A stretch of DNA of 64,000 nt, taken from NCBI GenBank assembly GCA_038142325.1, contig JAYQJW010000002.1:192001-256000 (forward strand). Direction: 5' to 3'. The first letter of the stretch is position 1. Every line of letters begins with the position of its first letter. The notes beneath the pieces were generated by a model that ran no database searches, was not told where the DNA came from, and saw only the letters and a program-made list of their open reading frames with translations. The DNA is from Gammaproteobacteria bacterium (GTDB lineage: Bacteria > Pseudomonadota > Gammaproteobacteria > GCA-002705445 > GCA-002716945). Below are positions 20,846 to 34,791 of this stretch, in pieces. A program made the translations under genes and the position numbers.

Positions 20846-20847
20846 GA

Positions 20848-21292
20848 TTGAATCTTTTCAAAAAACTTTTTCCTTCTGTTAGATGATGATGTTGCCGATG
20901 CTAAATCTGATACAGACCAACTTCAGATAGCAACTTGTTTATTACTTATTGAAGTCTCTAAAAGCGATGATGAATTTACGAGAGACGAAGAAGAGAAAAT
21001 TAAATCATTGCTCAAAAATAAATTTGAAATTCCAAATAACGAACTTGAAGATATATTTGACTTATATAATGCAAAGCATGACGCTATGACTTCTCTATAT
21101 GAATGTACGGAGATTATAAATAAAGAATGTAGTTATGACCAAAAATTAAAAATTATTGATTATATGTGGGATATTGCATTCACTGATTCAAAAATAGATA
21201 AATATGAAGATTATACTATAAGAAAAGTATCAGAACTTATTTATGTAAAGCACAAAGACTTTATTTCTCTCAAAAATAATAGAACTACCTAA
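20848..21292 (+). CDS. TerB-family protein (frameshift near 5' end)
   Basis: LQIATCLLLIEVSKSDDEF...MWDIAFTDSKIDKYEDYTIRKVSELIYV. Confidence 0.8.
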
Positions 21293-21876
21293 TTTTAAAA
21301 ATAGCAGATGTTCCAAATAGGTTACTCATAGAACTGGTTGTAATATTTAACCCTTGACTGTTGTTTATAACCTCATCAACTATTTGAAATTTATTTTTAT
21401 AACACATTTTTTTGAAATCATTTATTGTGCATAAATGAATATTAGGAGTTGAGTGCCAACTGTATGGCAAATTATCAGTTACCGGCATTTCACCTTTCAA
21501 TAATAGATACAATCTTGATTTCCAGTATCCCATATTAGGAAATGAAATTATTGCTTCATTTCCTACTCTAAGCATTTCTTTGATTAATGAAACGGGATTA
21601 TCTACTACTTGGAGTGATTGAGCTAAAACAACATAATCAAACTTATTACTAGAGAAATACTTAAGATTCTCATTTATATTCTGTATTAATTATATTAATA
21701 CCGTTATCAAAAGATTTGATGATTTTCTCCATGGAGTTATCAATTCCATAACCAGTAACATTTCTTTTTTCATTTAATAATTTCAGTAAACTGCCATCTC
21801 CACACCCTAGATCTAGAATTCTAGAATTTGGTTTAATCCACTCAGAAATTATGTCAAAGTCTTTTCTAGCAACCAC
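21285..21876 (-). CDS. metW: Methionine biosynthesis protein MetW (frameshift near 21675)
   Basis: [26 protein letters not shown]; follows metX. Confidence 0.92.
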
Positions 21877-22970
21877 AATTTGTCTCTATATATGTTCTCA
21901 TTATTTCAAAATAGTTATCATTTTTCATCAGAAATGCGTCATGCCCACCATCTGAATTAATGCAGGCATATGAAACATCTTTATCATACTTAATAAGAGT
22001 TTTTACTATTTCTTCTGATCTATTAGGTGGAAACCTCCAGTCTGAAGTGAAGGATAATATTAAAAACTTAGATTGTGAGTTTTTTATTTTTTCAGCAAAG
22101 TTTTTGTCGCTTAATGGATCAAAATAATCCAAAGCTTTTGTCATTAATAAATAAGTGTTTGCGTCAAAAGTATCTACAAATTTTTCTCCTTGATATCTTA
22201 GGTAGCTCTCAATTTGAAATTCAACATCAAAGTTGTAATTTATCTTATCGGTCTTTAAATCTCTGCCAAACTTTTCAGCCATGGATTTGTCGGACAAGTA
22301 CGTAATGTGTCCAAGCATCCTGGCTAATGCAAGACCTCTTTTAGGAAACTTATCATTCTTAATGTATTCTCCATTACACCAATCAGGGTCACTTGTAATG
22401 GCTTGTCGAGCAACCTCGTTAAATGCAATATTTTGAGCAGTTAACTTCGGTGATGCAGCGATTATAATTGGGAAAGCAACATTTTCTGGATAGTCTAATG
22501 CCCATTGAAAAGCCTGCATACCACCAAGACTACCACCAATGATAAATTGCCATTTACTTATATTTAGAATTTCCATTAGTATTTTTTGACTATTAACCCA
22601 ATCCTTTACGGTTACTATTGGAAATTTAAAGCCATAGGGCTCCTTTGTTTCAGTGTTTATACTAGTTGGACCAGTTGATCCATGGCATCCTCCAAGATTA
22701 TTTATGCATACAACATAATACTTGTCAGTATTTATAGGTTTACCCGGTCCAATCATGTTGTCCCACCATCCAGGTTTTTTCTCATCTTTCGTAATATCCA
22801 GCAACATGGTGACTTCCTGATAGTGCATGACATATCAAAATAGCATTACTTCCCTGATCATTTAGCTTGCCATGGGTCTCATAGACTAGATCATATGATT
22901 TCAATGTTTGACCACAACTTAATTTTAATGGCTGATCAATATGTACTTTTTTTTCTTTAATGTAATTCAA
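21866..22970 (-). CDS. metX: Homoserine O-acyltransferase (frameshift near 22790)
   Basis: [32 protein letters not shown]. Confidence 0.93.
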
Positions 22971-22971
22971 T

Positions 22972-23521
22972 TTATAGGATACTCGCGAGATTAAATATTC
23001 TAGGTAAGAATATTATTTCTATTAGCTGTAAAAAAATCAGAATAATCACAGGTGAGAAATCTATTCCTGATAGTGTAGGTACAGCACTTCTAACAAATCT
23101 ATACAAGGGTTCACATAGTTCATCAATAAGTGAGAATATTGGATGATTAACAAAAACATTAAACCAACTCTTCACAGCTGATATTATTATCAAATACCAA
23201 TAAATCATTACTATGTCTTTTATAAGATAACCAAAAGGAGACAATTAAGAGACTATTGATTGGATAGATTTGGCTATTAATCGTGAGACGTACATATAAT
23301 TTTATAAATGTGAAGAGATATAATAGTATTAGTAAGAAATATGTATTTGCTCTAAGCCCCAGCATATTAAATGGTATCAAGAAATAATCGCTTAACTTCA
23401 CAACCGTTTGGGTGACAGGATTATAATAGCTTACATCCATTGCTTGACATATAAATCTTAATAAAATTATAAATTGAAGAGCGCTTAGAAACAGATAAAT
23501 TATAGGAGTAATTTGCGACAT
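22972..23521 (-). CDS. yggT: YggT-family membrane protein (frameshift near 23240)
   Basis: YYNPVTQ.VVK, EPLY...GIDFSP; between proC and metX. Confidence 0.85.
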
Positions 23522-24317
23522 TATTTTTTCAGAATATTTTTTGATTTATCATAAGCGCTTTTAATTGCAAGTAATACCTTTTCTTGAACTTTATCATTCT
23601 TTAATTTTAATAATGCTGCTTCTGTGGTCCCTCCTTTTGATGCAATAGACTTAATCAAATTCTTAGTATTAGGAGAGTCTTTCAGTAGATTACTAGTTTC
23701 TGATATCAAATTATCAGCGTATGTTATTGAGTCTCTTCTACTAAAACCCAATTTCATAAATGATTTTGTAATTATATCATTGAAATATACATAATATGCT
23801 GGACCACTACCATAAAGCGCTGTAAGTATATCCAGCTGATCTTCACTTTTACACTTTTTAATTTTCGAAAATGTCTTAAAAAAACCTTCTGCCTTCATTG
23901 CGCTTTTATTAATCGATATTTTATTGTAATAAAATATAATAGCCTCACCGTTACTAACGGTTAGATTTGTCATCGCTCTTATAATATTAAAATTAGTGCT
24001 TAAGTTATCTTGAATTTGTTTGATAGATATTCCAGCCATAAAGCTTATGATTATAGTTTTTTTGTTTAAGAGTTTATCAATCGATTTAATGAGCTTAATA
24101 TATTCTTTTGGTTTTACTAACAGAAGTATAAAATCAGATTTAGAAATAGAGTCTGTGAAAGCAGTTCTAAATGAGACTCCATATTTTTTTAGCCCAATTC
24201 TTTTTTCTTATCTACATCAATCACATCAATATTATGACTAGCATCAGATAAATACATTCCATTAAGAATCGAACGCGTTAAGTTTCCAGCCCCAAAGATA
24301 GTGATATGATTTTTCAT
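23521..24317 (-). CDS. proC: Pyrroline-5-carboxylate reductase (frameshift near 24235)
   Basis: IFGAGNL at the start; VKP, SMAGI-like, GSGPAY, SKGGTTEAAL. Confidence 0.88.
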
Positions 24318-24975
24318 ATTCTTTTACCAAATATTCCTTGTCCTATTCTAAGCATATTCGCTCCATTTTCAATTGCAGTTAAATAGTCACTGCTCATTCC
24401 CATCGACAATGTATCCAAATAATCATATTTCATGTAAAGCTCATTCATTTCATGAAATGAATTACTGCAGGGTTTGTTAAGCCTGCGGAATAGTCATAAA
24501 TTCCTCTTAAATTTATATTTTCTAGCCTTATTATGTCAGAGGCTAATTTATCATAATCTGCTAAAGTTATACCGCCTTTTGCTTTCTCTTTATCAATATT
24601 AATCTGAATACATATATTCATAATCTTATTGGCACTTTTACACTCATCATTGAGCTTATTTGCATGCTTAAAAGAAGAGACAGTATGAACCCAATCAAAA
24701 ATATTAGTAATCTTTTTGATTTTGTTTGATTGTATATTACCTATAAAATGCCATTTTATTGAATCATCTTTAATGTTATTTTTTTTCTCGAAAGCCTCAT
24801 CAACATAGTTTTCTCCGAAGTCTAAATGACCAAGAGTTCTTAGTTTAATTATTCTATCAATAGTTTGTTTTTTAGATACTGCAACTAATCTAATTTTTCT
24901 TTTTTGATTCTTTTCTAGTTTTTTAATTCCCTCAATGAGGGATAAGTATCTTTCAACGTATGAAGGATGTGTCAT
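24314..24975 (-). CDS. yggS: PLP homeostasis protein (frameshifted C-terminus)
   Basis: LVAVSK, FGENY, WHFIGNIQSNK; SMGMS and RIG continue in another frame. Confidence 0.9.
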
Positions 24976-25913
24976 ATGTTATTATCGAATAGCATCGACA
25001 TTATCGCCATTCTTACAGATATCCCATAAGATACTTGATTCAGAATTACAGAATTAGGACCATCTGCTACAGTTGATTCAATCTCAATACCACGATTTAT
25101 AGGCCCAGGATGCATAACAATAACATCATCTTTTGCATATTTTAAACGAGATTCATTTAAACCATAATCATCATAATAAGTATCTAATGATATCAATGCA
25201 TCATGCATCCTCTCTTTTTGTAACCTCAGCATTATAATCACATCAGCATCATTTATACCTTCATCCATATTAGAAAAATAATTAACTTTTAATTCTTGAT
25301 AATCTTCTGGAATTAATTTTTCAGGACCAACTATATTAATTTGTTTTGTACCAAGAGTGTTTAATGCATAAATTAATGACTTGGCAACTCGAGAATGTAG
25401 AATATCCCCAACAATAGATATATTTAGATCTTGGAAACCTTCCTTTATGTTTTTTAATTGTAAATACATCAAGCATCGCCTGTGTGGGATGTTCATTAGA
25501 TCCATCACCTGCATTAATTACAGAAATATTTTTACTAACAGATTCAGCTATATAGTGAGCTGTTCCAGGAACAGAATGTCTCACCACAAACATTTGACAG
25601 TTCATAGCTTCAATAGTCTTCACCATATCAATTATTGATTCACCTTTAGCAGTTGATGAATTTGAGATATCAATATTAATAAAATTTGATGACAATCTTT
25701 TCGAAGCTAACTCAAAGGTAGTTTTAGTTCTTGTGCTAGGTTCAAAAAAAGACTAGCAACTACATTTTCTGAATATTTTCTAATATTAGAGTTATTATGA
25801 ATTTCTTCTGATCTAGAGATAATATCTTCTATGTAAGATTTTGGTAATTCTTTAATGTTTAGAAAATGTGATAATTTACCTTGAGATATCTGAATGTCAT
25901 GATTGATTTTCAT
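24972..25913 (-). CDS. pyrB: Aspartate carbamoyltransferase catalytic subunit (several frameshifts)
   Basis: [39 protein letters not shown]. Confidence 0.92.
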
Positions 25914-26333
25914 TTAATCCATGATATTTTCATTAATCCAGCTTTGCAAGATAATCGATGCAGATATGTCATCATAATCAGAACTTTTTTTCTTTATCAA
26001 GCCACGATTCCTCATTTCAGCAAAACTAGCTTTAGCAGACTCACTTGAAAGTTGTTCATCATGAATATAATTTCTATAGAGGAGCTAACAACTGATTTTA
26101 ATTCTTCAATGAATGATTTAATGTCATCATGAATCTTAGATTCTTTATTATGATAAGGATAACCAATGATAATTTTTGTTATATTCCATTCATCTAAAAC
26201 TTTATTTATCTCTAGAATATAATCATTATATAAAACTTTTAGTGGTCTAGATTTTTTTATAATGTTTTGTGCTAATTGCTAAGCCAGTTTTTTTATGACC
26301 ATAATCAACCCCTAAATAAAATTCATCTAACAT
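25914..26333 (-). CDS. yqgF: YqgF/RuvX RNase H-like nuclease (missed by the ORF track; frameshifted)
   Basis: Manual translation: MLDEFYLGVDYGHKKTGLA...IIGYP...HDEQLSS...DDISASIILQSW. Confidence 0.85.
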
Positions 26334-26347
26334 TGATTTTCTCTTAA

Positions 26348-27281
26348 TTATAATATTCTCTCAATTTTTTTGATGAGCTGATTTGCAATTTTCAAAGATA
26401 ACCCATTTTTTATATTCTGTATCCCAGTAGGTGACGTAATGTTAATTTCTGTTATATAGTCACCAATCATATCTACGCCAGCAAAAAATATCCCATGATA
26501 TTTGAGAAATGAGGCAACTTTCTCTAAATTAATAAGGTATTTTTTTTTCAACTTAGTTATCTTAAAACTACCTCCATTTGCTAAATTAGCAATAAAATCA
26601 TTTTTTGGTGGTATTCGTGTTAACACATTTTTTTCATTTATACCGTTGTAGATAATAATTCTATTATCTCCTTTAGTTATTTCATCTATAAACTTTTGAG
26701 CCATGATTACTTTATTTTTCTTAATATGTTCTCTAATTAATTCGCTGGAAGAATTTGTTTTTTTGACTTTTATAATTCCTTTTCCAGCCATAAGATTCAT
26801 TGGTTTTAATACAATGACATTATGCTGTTCTAAAAATTTTTCTATTTTGGTTTCATCACCAGTTATTATAGTAGGTAGCTTAGATTGTGAAAGCTGACAT
26901 CCTAAAATCTTTTCATTGAATCTAAGCAGTGATTCAGGAGAATTTAAAACAAGTGTATCTTGATATTCAAGTTCTCTAAATAATTGTAACTGAGATATAT
27001 ATTTACTATCGACTGGAGGATCTATTCTAAATAGTATACAATCCAGCTTACTAAGATTAATCCTACGTTTCTTTTGTCAAGAAATATTTTTTTTGTGATA
27101 GAGAAATAATTTTTAGGTCACAAACATCCGCATAAATTGATGTAGAGTCTGAATGTACAGAGTCCGGAACTATATATTCTATTTTAGCTTTACTTTGAAG
27201 GCTTTTTAAAATACTTATGGTCGAATCCTTCTGGAAATTAATTCCGTTTATAGGATTCATATAAACTCCAACACTATACAT
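26348..27281 (-). CDS. gshB: Glutathione synthetase (frameshift near 27065)
   Basis: MNPI...KDST, RIDPP, NEK, KPMN.MAG.G, ANLANGG, TEINITSPTG. Confidence 0.9.
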
Positions 27282-27282
27282 G

Positions 27283-28515
27283 TTAATCTAGGTTAAAAAT
27301 TTCTTTTGCCGCTGCTAATATTGCTAAACGAGCTATTACGCCGTAAACATAGTACTTATTTATTTGAGAGTCTACTGGCAAACTTATATCTGGTGATATA
27401 CAAATGTCATTTAGAGGTATAGGATGAAAAATCATACCGGGTGAATTTAAGTTTTCATTATTTGCCTTATTATCGTGAGCTCTATAAAAACCGCCTATCA
27501 GGAAATTAGAAAAAGAGTAGATTACTGGCTCAGTAACTGAATTTGTGTTTTTGATTTCCTCGAAAGAAAAGACACCTTCTTGTAAAATTACACTATCTGG
27601 TTTGACACTTCCTTTTGTTGATGACATCTTATTCCTTTGTTTTCTATTGAGATTTTTTATTTGGTCAATACTGTTAACTGATATTACTCCCATACCATAA
27701 GTACCAGCATCAGCTTTAATAATAATGTAGGGTTTTTCTTCAATATCATACATCTTATATTTCTCAGTGATGATGCTAAATAATTTCTCTGCATGATAGA
27801 TTAAGCAGTCTTCTCCTTGCTTAGTTTTAAAATTAATTTCACCACAATTTCTAAATTCTGGTTCAATTAGCCAGGGATCAATTTTAAGTAGCTTACTAAA
27901 ATTAGTACAAACATCGCTGTAGTATTTAAAGTGATCTGATTTTGACCGCCTAGTCCAACCAATATTCTTTGATGGCAAGACTATTTGTTTTATATTATTT
28001 AAAAAGTCAGGAATTCCTGACGATAAATCATTATTTAGTAGAATTGCATCAGGAATGAAACCATCATATTCAAGAATTGAATTTGTGTTTTTGAATTTAT
28101 TCTCATCAATACCTGGTTTAGATACTTTTACATCATAACCAGATTTTTTAATTAACAACGATAAATAATTAAGACTCTCAAGGTAGTGTATATTCCTGGT
28201 ATGGTTTTCAGGAATAATTAGTATTTTTTCAATTTTAGTTTTCAGTGAATCAAGAGAATGTTTCACTGCTGTTACATACAGTGATTCAAAATCTTTGTTT
28301 AGGTTATTAAAGCCAGCAGGAAATAGATTTGTGTCTACTGGTGAAATTTTGAATCCTGAGTTTCGTATATCTATGGATGAATAAAACGGTGCAGGATATT
28401 TAAGCCATTGATTTCTAAACCAGCTTTCTATTTGTTGATGATGATCAATCACATTCTCATGAATATTTTCCTGAAACTTTCTATTACTATAAACTATGTC
28501 TTGATATGCTGTCAT
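27283..28515 (-). CDS. gshA: Glutamate--cysteine ligase (Acidithiobacillus/Betaproteobacteria-type GshA)
   Basis: PFYSSIDIRNSGFKISPVDTNLFPAGFNNL, KADAGTYGMG, ENLNSPGM. Confidence 0.92.
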   Translation of the reverse strand: MTAYQDIVYSNRKFQENIHENVIDHHQQIESWFRNQWLKYPAPFYSSIDIRNSGFKISPVDTNLFPAGFNNLNKDFESLYVTAVKHSLDSLKTKIEKILIIPENHTRNIHYLESLNYLSLLIKKSGYDVKVSKPGIDENKFKNTNSILEYDGFIPDAILLNNDLSSGIPDFLNNIKQIVLPSKNIGWTRRSKSDHFKYYSDVCTNFSKLLKIDPWLIEPEFRNCGEINFKTKQGEDCLIYHAEKLFSIITEKYKMYDIEEKPYIIIKADAGTYGMGVISVNSIDQIKNLNRKQRNKMSSTKGSVKPDSVILQEGVFSFEEIKNTNSVTEPVIYSFSNFLIGGFYRAHDNKANNENLNSPGMIFHPIPLNDICISPDISLPVDSQINKYYVYGVIARLAILAAAKEIFNLD

Positions 28516-29212
28516 AATTCTCTATCAGAGTAAGAACGGAAATACATGCTGTTTCTGTCCTAAGTATATTCCCATTAATCGATCTGGTTTTCCAATTATT
28601 TTGCTTAAAACTAATAAGCTCATTATCCTCAAAACCTCCTTCTGGCCCTATAAAAACAGTAATGTCATTTTGATAGAAATCATTTGAAGAAAATTTATCT
28701 CCTTCTGGGTTTAATAAGTAACAAGCTTTATTATCATGTTGTTTAATAAAGCCCTCTAGATTTGAAGGTTCATGAATTTTCATCATCATTAATCTTCCGC
28801 ATTGCTCTGTTGCAGAAATTATAATTTTATTCCAATGATCTATTTTCTTATCAACATTTTTATACTGACTTCTTTTTGTATATACAGGATAAAAATCAGT
28901 TGCCCCTAATTCGACAGATTTTTGAATTATCAAATCCATCAGTTTCATATTAATGACAGAAACTGCTATGCATACTCGGTTTTGACACTTAACTCTTGGC
29001 AATTCTTCTATTAGATTTATCGAAACCTTTTTTCCATCTATCGATAAGCATGCTTCATATTCTCTGATGTTATTGAAAACCGAGAGTTTTTCATCATTTT
29101 TCATACGAAGTACATTAATAATTCTATGAGATAATTCTGTAGTACAAAGTATGTTGTTAGATTTAAATTCTGAATTTATATAAATTCTATGGATTTTTTT
29201 TTGTTGCTTCAT
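28487..29212 (-). CDS. rsmE: 16S rRNA m3U1498 methyltransferase
   Basis: NVLRM, QKSVELG, EQCGR, IGPEGGF, ILRTETA. Confidence 0.93.
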   Translation of the reverse strand: MKQQKKIHRIYINSEFKSNNILCTTELSHRIINVLRMKNDEKLSVFNNIREYEACLSIDGKKVSINLIEELPRVKCQNRVCIAVSVINMKLMDLIIQKSVELGATDFYPVYTKRSQYKNVDKKIDHWNKIIISATEQCGRLMMMKIHEPSNLEGFIKQHDNKACYLLNPEGDKFSSNDFYQNDITVFIGPEGGFEDNELISFKQNNWKTRSINGNILRTETACISVLTLIENYDSISRHSL

Positions 29213-30544
29213 TGATAGCCTCTCTCATTACATCTGACACAAAGGTAATTTCTTTTTTATTAATTACATATGGAGGCATAAAATAAATTACATTTCCTAA
29301 GGGCCTCATGAGTACATTATTTTCAAGGCCATGAAGATAGGCTTTAATTCCTCTTCTTTCTTTCCAGTTGTAAGGGATTTTTCTTTTTTTGTCTTTTATA
29401 AGTTCAATCGCTAATACCATTCCCGTTTGTCTTACATCTGAGACATTCGGATGATCTTTGAATGATACAAAACAATCATTCATATGCGAGGAAAGCTTTT
29501 TATTACTATTGATAGTATTTTTATTTTCAAAAATATCTAGAGTTGCATTTGCTGCAGAACAAGCAATAGGGTTTGCAGTATAGCTATGAGAATGAAGAAA
29601 TGCATTCAGCTTTTCATATTCGTCATAAAAAGCATCATATATATCTTCTGTTGTTAGGATGGTTGATAAAGTCATATATCCACCAGTTATACCTTTGGAC
29701 AAACATATGATATCAGGTGTTATTTTTGCTTGTTCAAATCCAAACATTGTACCAGTTCGTCCAAAGCCAACAGCAATTTCATCAGCAATTAGATGAACGT
29801 TATATTTTGTACATGCTTCTCTTAATAACTCTAAATATCGATAATGATACATTCTCATATAGCCTGCACATTGTATAAGCGGCTCTACAATTACTGCACA
29901 TACTTCTTTATGATTATTCTTGATAGCTTGATACATTTTATCAAACATTAACTCAGCGTACTGCTCATCAGACATTCCATCCTTTTTTTATTGTAGTTGT
30001 CCGGTGAATCAACAATAATTGTATCTTTAAGGATATTCTCATATGTTTTTTTATATAGATCTATGTTGCTAACAGACAATGATCCAAGTGTTTCACCATG
30101 ATAGCTGTTTGATAATGCTATGAACTTAACTTTTGATTTCTTTTTTTTATTATGCCAGTAGTGATAACTCATTTTCATGGCAGCATCAATTGACGAGGAC
30201 CCATTATCTGTAAAGAAGCATTTAGTAATTTCTTTTGGCATGAGTTTGACTAACCTTTCAGCAAGGTTAATAGCTGGCTCATGGGTAAATCCAGCTAGCA
30301 AGACATGCTCAAGATTTGTCAGCTGATTTTTAATACTTTTATTGATATATGAATTAGAATGACCGAATAAATTCACCCACCAAGAACTTACAGCATCTAA
30401 ATATTTATTATCATCATAGTCATATAACCAGACTCCTTTTCCTGACTTGATAGGTATCATAGGAATTTTTTCATGATCTTTCATTTGAGTGCAGGGATGC
30501 CACACTACCTTTAGGTCTTTTTTTACTAAGTTCGAAGATCTCAT
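29187..30544 (-). CDS. bioA: Adenosylmethionine-8-amino-7-oxononanoate aminotransferase (frameshift near 29985)
   Basis: WHPCTQM, SSWWVN, YHGET, DEIAVGFGRTG, SKGITGG. Confidence 0.92.
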
Positions 30545-30562
30545 AATTAGTGTGAGTACTAA

Positions 30563-31881
<1,319 letters not shown>

Positions 31882-31887
31882 CTCTTA

Positions 31888-33048
31888 TTAAATGGTTGCC
31901 TTTAGTATATCAACCTTATCTGTTTGTTCCCATGTAAAATTTTTATTATCACGACCAAAATGTCCAAAACTTGCAGTAGGTAAGTAGCTTACACTCAAAA
32001 GTTTTAGAGATTCAATTATACCGTATGGAGTTAAGTCAAAAACATCATTGATAATTTTTGATAACTTTTCATCTGACACAATTCCAGTTCCAAAAGTATT
32101 AACCAATGTAGAGGTAGGCTCAGCCACCCCTATTGCATACGAAAGCTGGATTTCACATTTTTCAGCAAGTTCAGCGGCTACAATATTTTTTGCAATATAT
32201 CTGGCTGCATATGCAGCTGATCTATCCACTTTTGATGGATCCTTTCCTGAGAATGCACCCCCTCCATGTCTTGCCATACCGCCATAAGTATCTACAATAA
32301 TTTTTCTACCAGTTAGACCTGAGTCACCCAGCGGCCCCCCTTCAACAAAGTTTCCTGTTGGGTTTATAAAAATCTTCGTTTTGCTATCAATCAGATTACT
32401 TGGTATAACATTGTTAATGATCTCTTCTCTAACATACTCTCTAAGCTCACTAAGCTCAATTTGATCTGAATGTTGAGTAGATAGGACTATAGCATCAATT
32501 GATGAAGGCTTATCATTTTCATATTTGAAGGTAACCTGACTTTTAGCATCAGGCCTCAGCCATTTCGTATTATTATTTCTCAATAATTCAGTTTGTCTTT
32601 CAACAAGTCTATGTGAATAGTAGATTGGAGACGGCATAAGATGTCCTGTCTCATTTGTAGCGTATCCAAACATTAGACCCTGATCTCCAGCACCTTGTTT
32701 TCTTTTGTCATCTTTATCAACGCCCATTTGAATGTCTGGGGACTGCTTGGTAAGAAGTTTAATGATTTCGCATTCACTGCCATTAAAACCAAGTTCATTA
32801 GAGTTATAACCAATATCTAAAATTGTTTGCCTAATTAATTTATCAATGTCTAGATTAACTGATGTTGTAATTTCGCCACCGATCACTACAGTTCCTGGCC
32901 TATTTGCCTGACCCTTAACAAACGCTTCACAAGCCACTCTGGAACTTTGGTCCTTAGTAAGAACATAATCTAGTACTGCATCAGATAGATGATCACATAA
33001 TTTATCTGGATGACCTGGGGATACACTCTCTGATGTGAAATAATACAT
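31888..33048 (-). CDS. metK: S-adenosylmethionine synthase
   Basis: [28 protein letters not shown]. Confidence 0.97.
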   Translation of the reverse strand: MYYFTSESVSPGHPDKLCDHLSDAVLDYVLTKDQSSRVACEAFVKGQANRPGTVVIGGEITTSVNLDIDKLIRQTILDIGYNSNELGFNGSECEIIKLLTKQSPDIQMGVDKDDKRKQGAGDQGLMFGYATNETGHLMPSPIYYSHRLVERQTELLRNNNTKWLRPDAKSQVTFKYENDKPSSIDAIVLSTQHSDQIELSELREYVREEIINNVIPSNLIDSKTKIFINPTGNFVEGGPLGDSGLTGRKIIVDTYGGMARHGGGAFSGKDPSKVDRSAAYAARYIAKNIVAAELAEKCEIQLSYAIGVAEPTSTLVNTFGTGIVSDEKLSKIINDVFDLTPYGIIESLKLLSVSYLPTASFGHFGRDNKNFTWEQTDKVDILKATI

Positions 33049-33106
33049 CTGAGCAGTTTATATGACTACATAGAAGTATTAAAGTGAAAAAAGCTAGAAA
33101 TTAGAG

Positions 33107-34789
33107 CTATTTTTTGAAATTTTTTATAAAGGCTCTTTCATCATCTGATAATTTTTCTCCATCAGTATATCGATTTAGTAAATTAAAATATAATCTCTCA
33201 TCACTAGTCTTTTCAAGTTGAGAAAGTATATCTTTTGCCGTTAGAAGAGCAGATTCTTCAGAGGATTCATTTGATTTGAATGTCATTAAGTTTTGAACTC
33301 TCTTATTGTCGGGAAACATATTAATCAAACTCGCGGCTTTGAAATTTTCATTATGGCTAAATCCCTCTTTCACAGCATTATAGATTTCTATTAGTAATGG
33401 GTCAGATATAACTTTCTCAAAGTCTATACTATTAATTAGTCTTGGATACTCAATTAGGAGACTGATAAGAGTCGACTCTTTTACATCAAAAATGTCTTCA
33501 CTCATATTTTCATTTTCTACATGTTTCTTTACAGGAGCATTATCCTTGCTAAGAATTTTGTCACCAATAATAGTTTCAAATTCTTTTTTAAGAATATCTG
33601 TATACATAATGGTAGGCATTATATTGAGAATATTTTTTGCTCTATTAGCAAAAGCTGTTTTCCCTTCCACAGTATCAATTTTTATTCCAGATTTTAGATG
33701 TTCAATGATATATTCTGACAGCGGCTTCGCAGAGGATATCAAATCGATAAACTTATTTTTATCATTCTGGACAAATGAATCTGGATCAAAACCCTCTGGC
33801 AGAAATGATATAAATATTTGGGTTTCATCATCTAACTCTTCCATGCAATTATTTATCGCTTTCCATGCAGCTGATATTCCAGCACTATCGCCATCAAAAC
33901 AGAATATAATTTTATTTGTGTATTTTTTAATTTTCTTGAAGTGAAATTTTGTAAAGGCAGTGCCAAGTGTTGCAATACAATTTTTGATTCCTGCTTTATG
34001 TAGGCCTATGACATCGGTATAGCCTTCAACCACAATTACTTCCTCTTCTTTAGATATAGACTTTTTACTTTCGTAAAGGCCATATAGCTCATAGCTTTTA
34101 TGAAACAATTTAGTCTCAGGTGAATTGAGATATTTTGCACCATCTTTGGTGTTATAAATTCTGCCACCAAATCCAATAATATTACCAGCAGAGTTTTTTA
34201 TAGGGAAAATGATTCGACTTCTAAATCGGTCATAGGTTTTGTTATTTGAGCTAATAACCAAGCCAGCTTGGATTGCATTTTTAAGAATATTCTTTTCAGC
34301 AAAAAATTTTGTGATACTGTCCCAGCTGTCATCAGCTAAACCTAATTGAAAATTTTCTATCATTTCTTGATCTATATTACGTTCTGATAGATATGATAGT
34401 GCAGTCGAGTTATTCAATAGATTCTTATTATATATCTCAGCTGCTAACTTATTTGAAATGAAAAGATTATAAGAGCCATCATTTTTTTTTGTTTTGTCTG
34501 GTAGTTGGAGATTTGCTGATTGAGCTAATTTGCTCAATGCTTCAATAAACGTTAAATGTTCATATTCTTGAAGAAACTTTATTGCATCTCCTGATGCACC
34601 ACAACCAAAACAGTGGTAGAACTGTTTTGTTGACGAAACATTAAATGAAGGTGTTTTTTCGTTGTGGAATGGACACAGGCCTTTATAGTTGTTGCCGTTT
34701 TTAGTAAGGTTAACTCTTTCTTTTATTAATTCAACTATGTCTGTAGAGGACAGAACTTGATCAATAAATGCTCTGTCTATATTTGCCAT
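33107..34789 (-). CDS. dnaG: DNA primase
   Basis: CPFHNEKTPSF zinc finger, KYLNSPET, VEGYTDV, FDGDSAG TOPRIM. Confidence 0.97.
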   Translation of the reverse strand: MANIDRAFIDQVLSSTDIVELIKERVNLTKNGNNYKGLCPFHNEKTPSFNVSSTKQFYHCFGCGASGDAIKFLQEYEHLTFIEALSKLAQSANLQLPDKTKKNDGSYNLFISNKLAAEIYNKNLLNNSTALSYLSERNIDQEMIENFQLGLADDSWDSITKFFAEKNILKNAIQAGLVISSNNKTYDRFRSRIIFPIKNSAGNIIGFGGRIYNTKDGAKYLNSPETKLFHKSYELYGLYESKKSISKEEEVIVVEGYTDVIGLHKAGIKNCIATLGTAFTKFHFKKIKKYTNKIIFCFDGDSAGISAAWKAINNCMEELDDETQIFISFLPEGFDPDSFVQNDKNKFIDLISSAKPLSEYIIEHLKSGIKIDTVEGKTAFANRAKNILNIMPTIMYTDILKKEFETIIGDKILSKDNAPVKKHVENENMSEDIFDVKESTLISLLIEYPRLINSIDFEKVISDPLLIEIYNAVKEGFSHNENFKAASLINMFPDNKRVQNLMTFKSNESSEESALLTAKDILSQLEKTSDERLYFNLLNRYTDGEKLSDDERAFIKNFKK

Positions 34790-34791
34790 TA

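Noticed and set aside
18851-21292. Integrative element at tRNA-Phe
   Set aside because: No integrase and no duplicated tRNA 3' end seen; hspQ and terB are ordinary chromosomal genes.
33049-33106. SAM or SAH riboswitch upstream of metK, ahcY or metX
   Set aside because: Spacers are 58, 6 and 1 nt with no recognisable aptamer; the metK -10 abuts the start codon.
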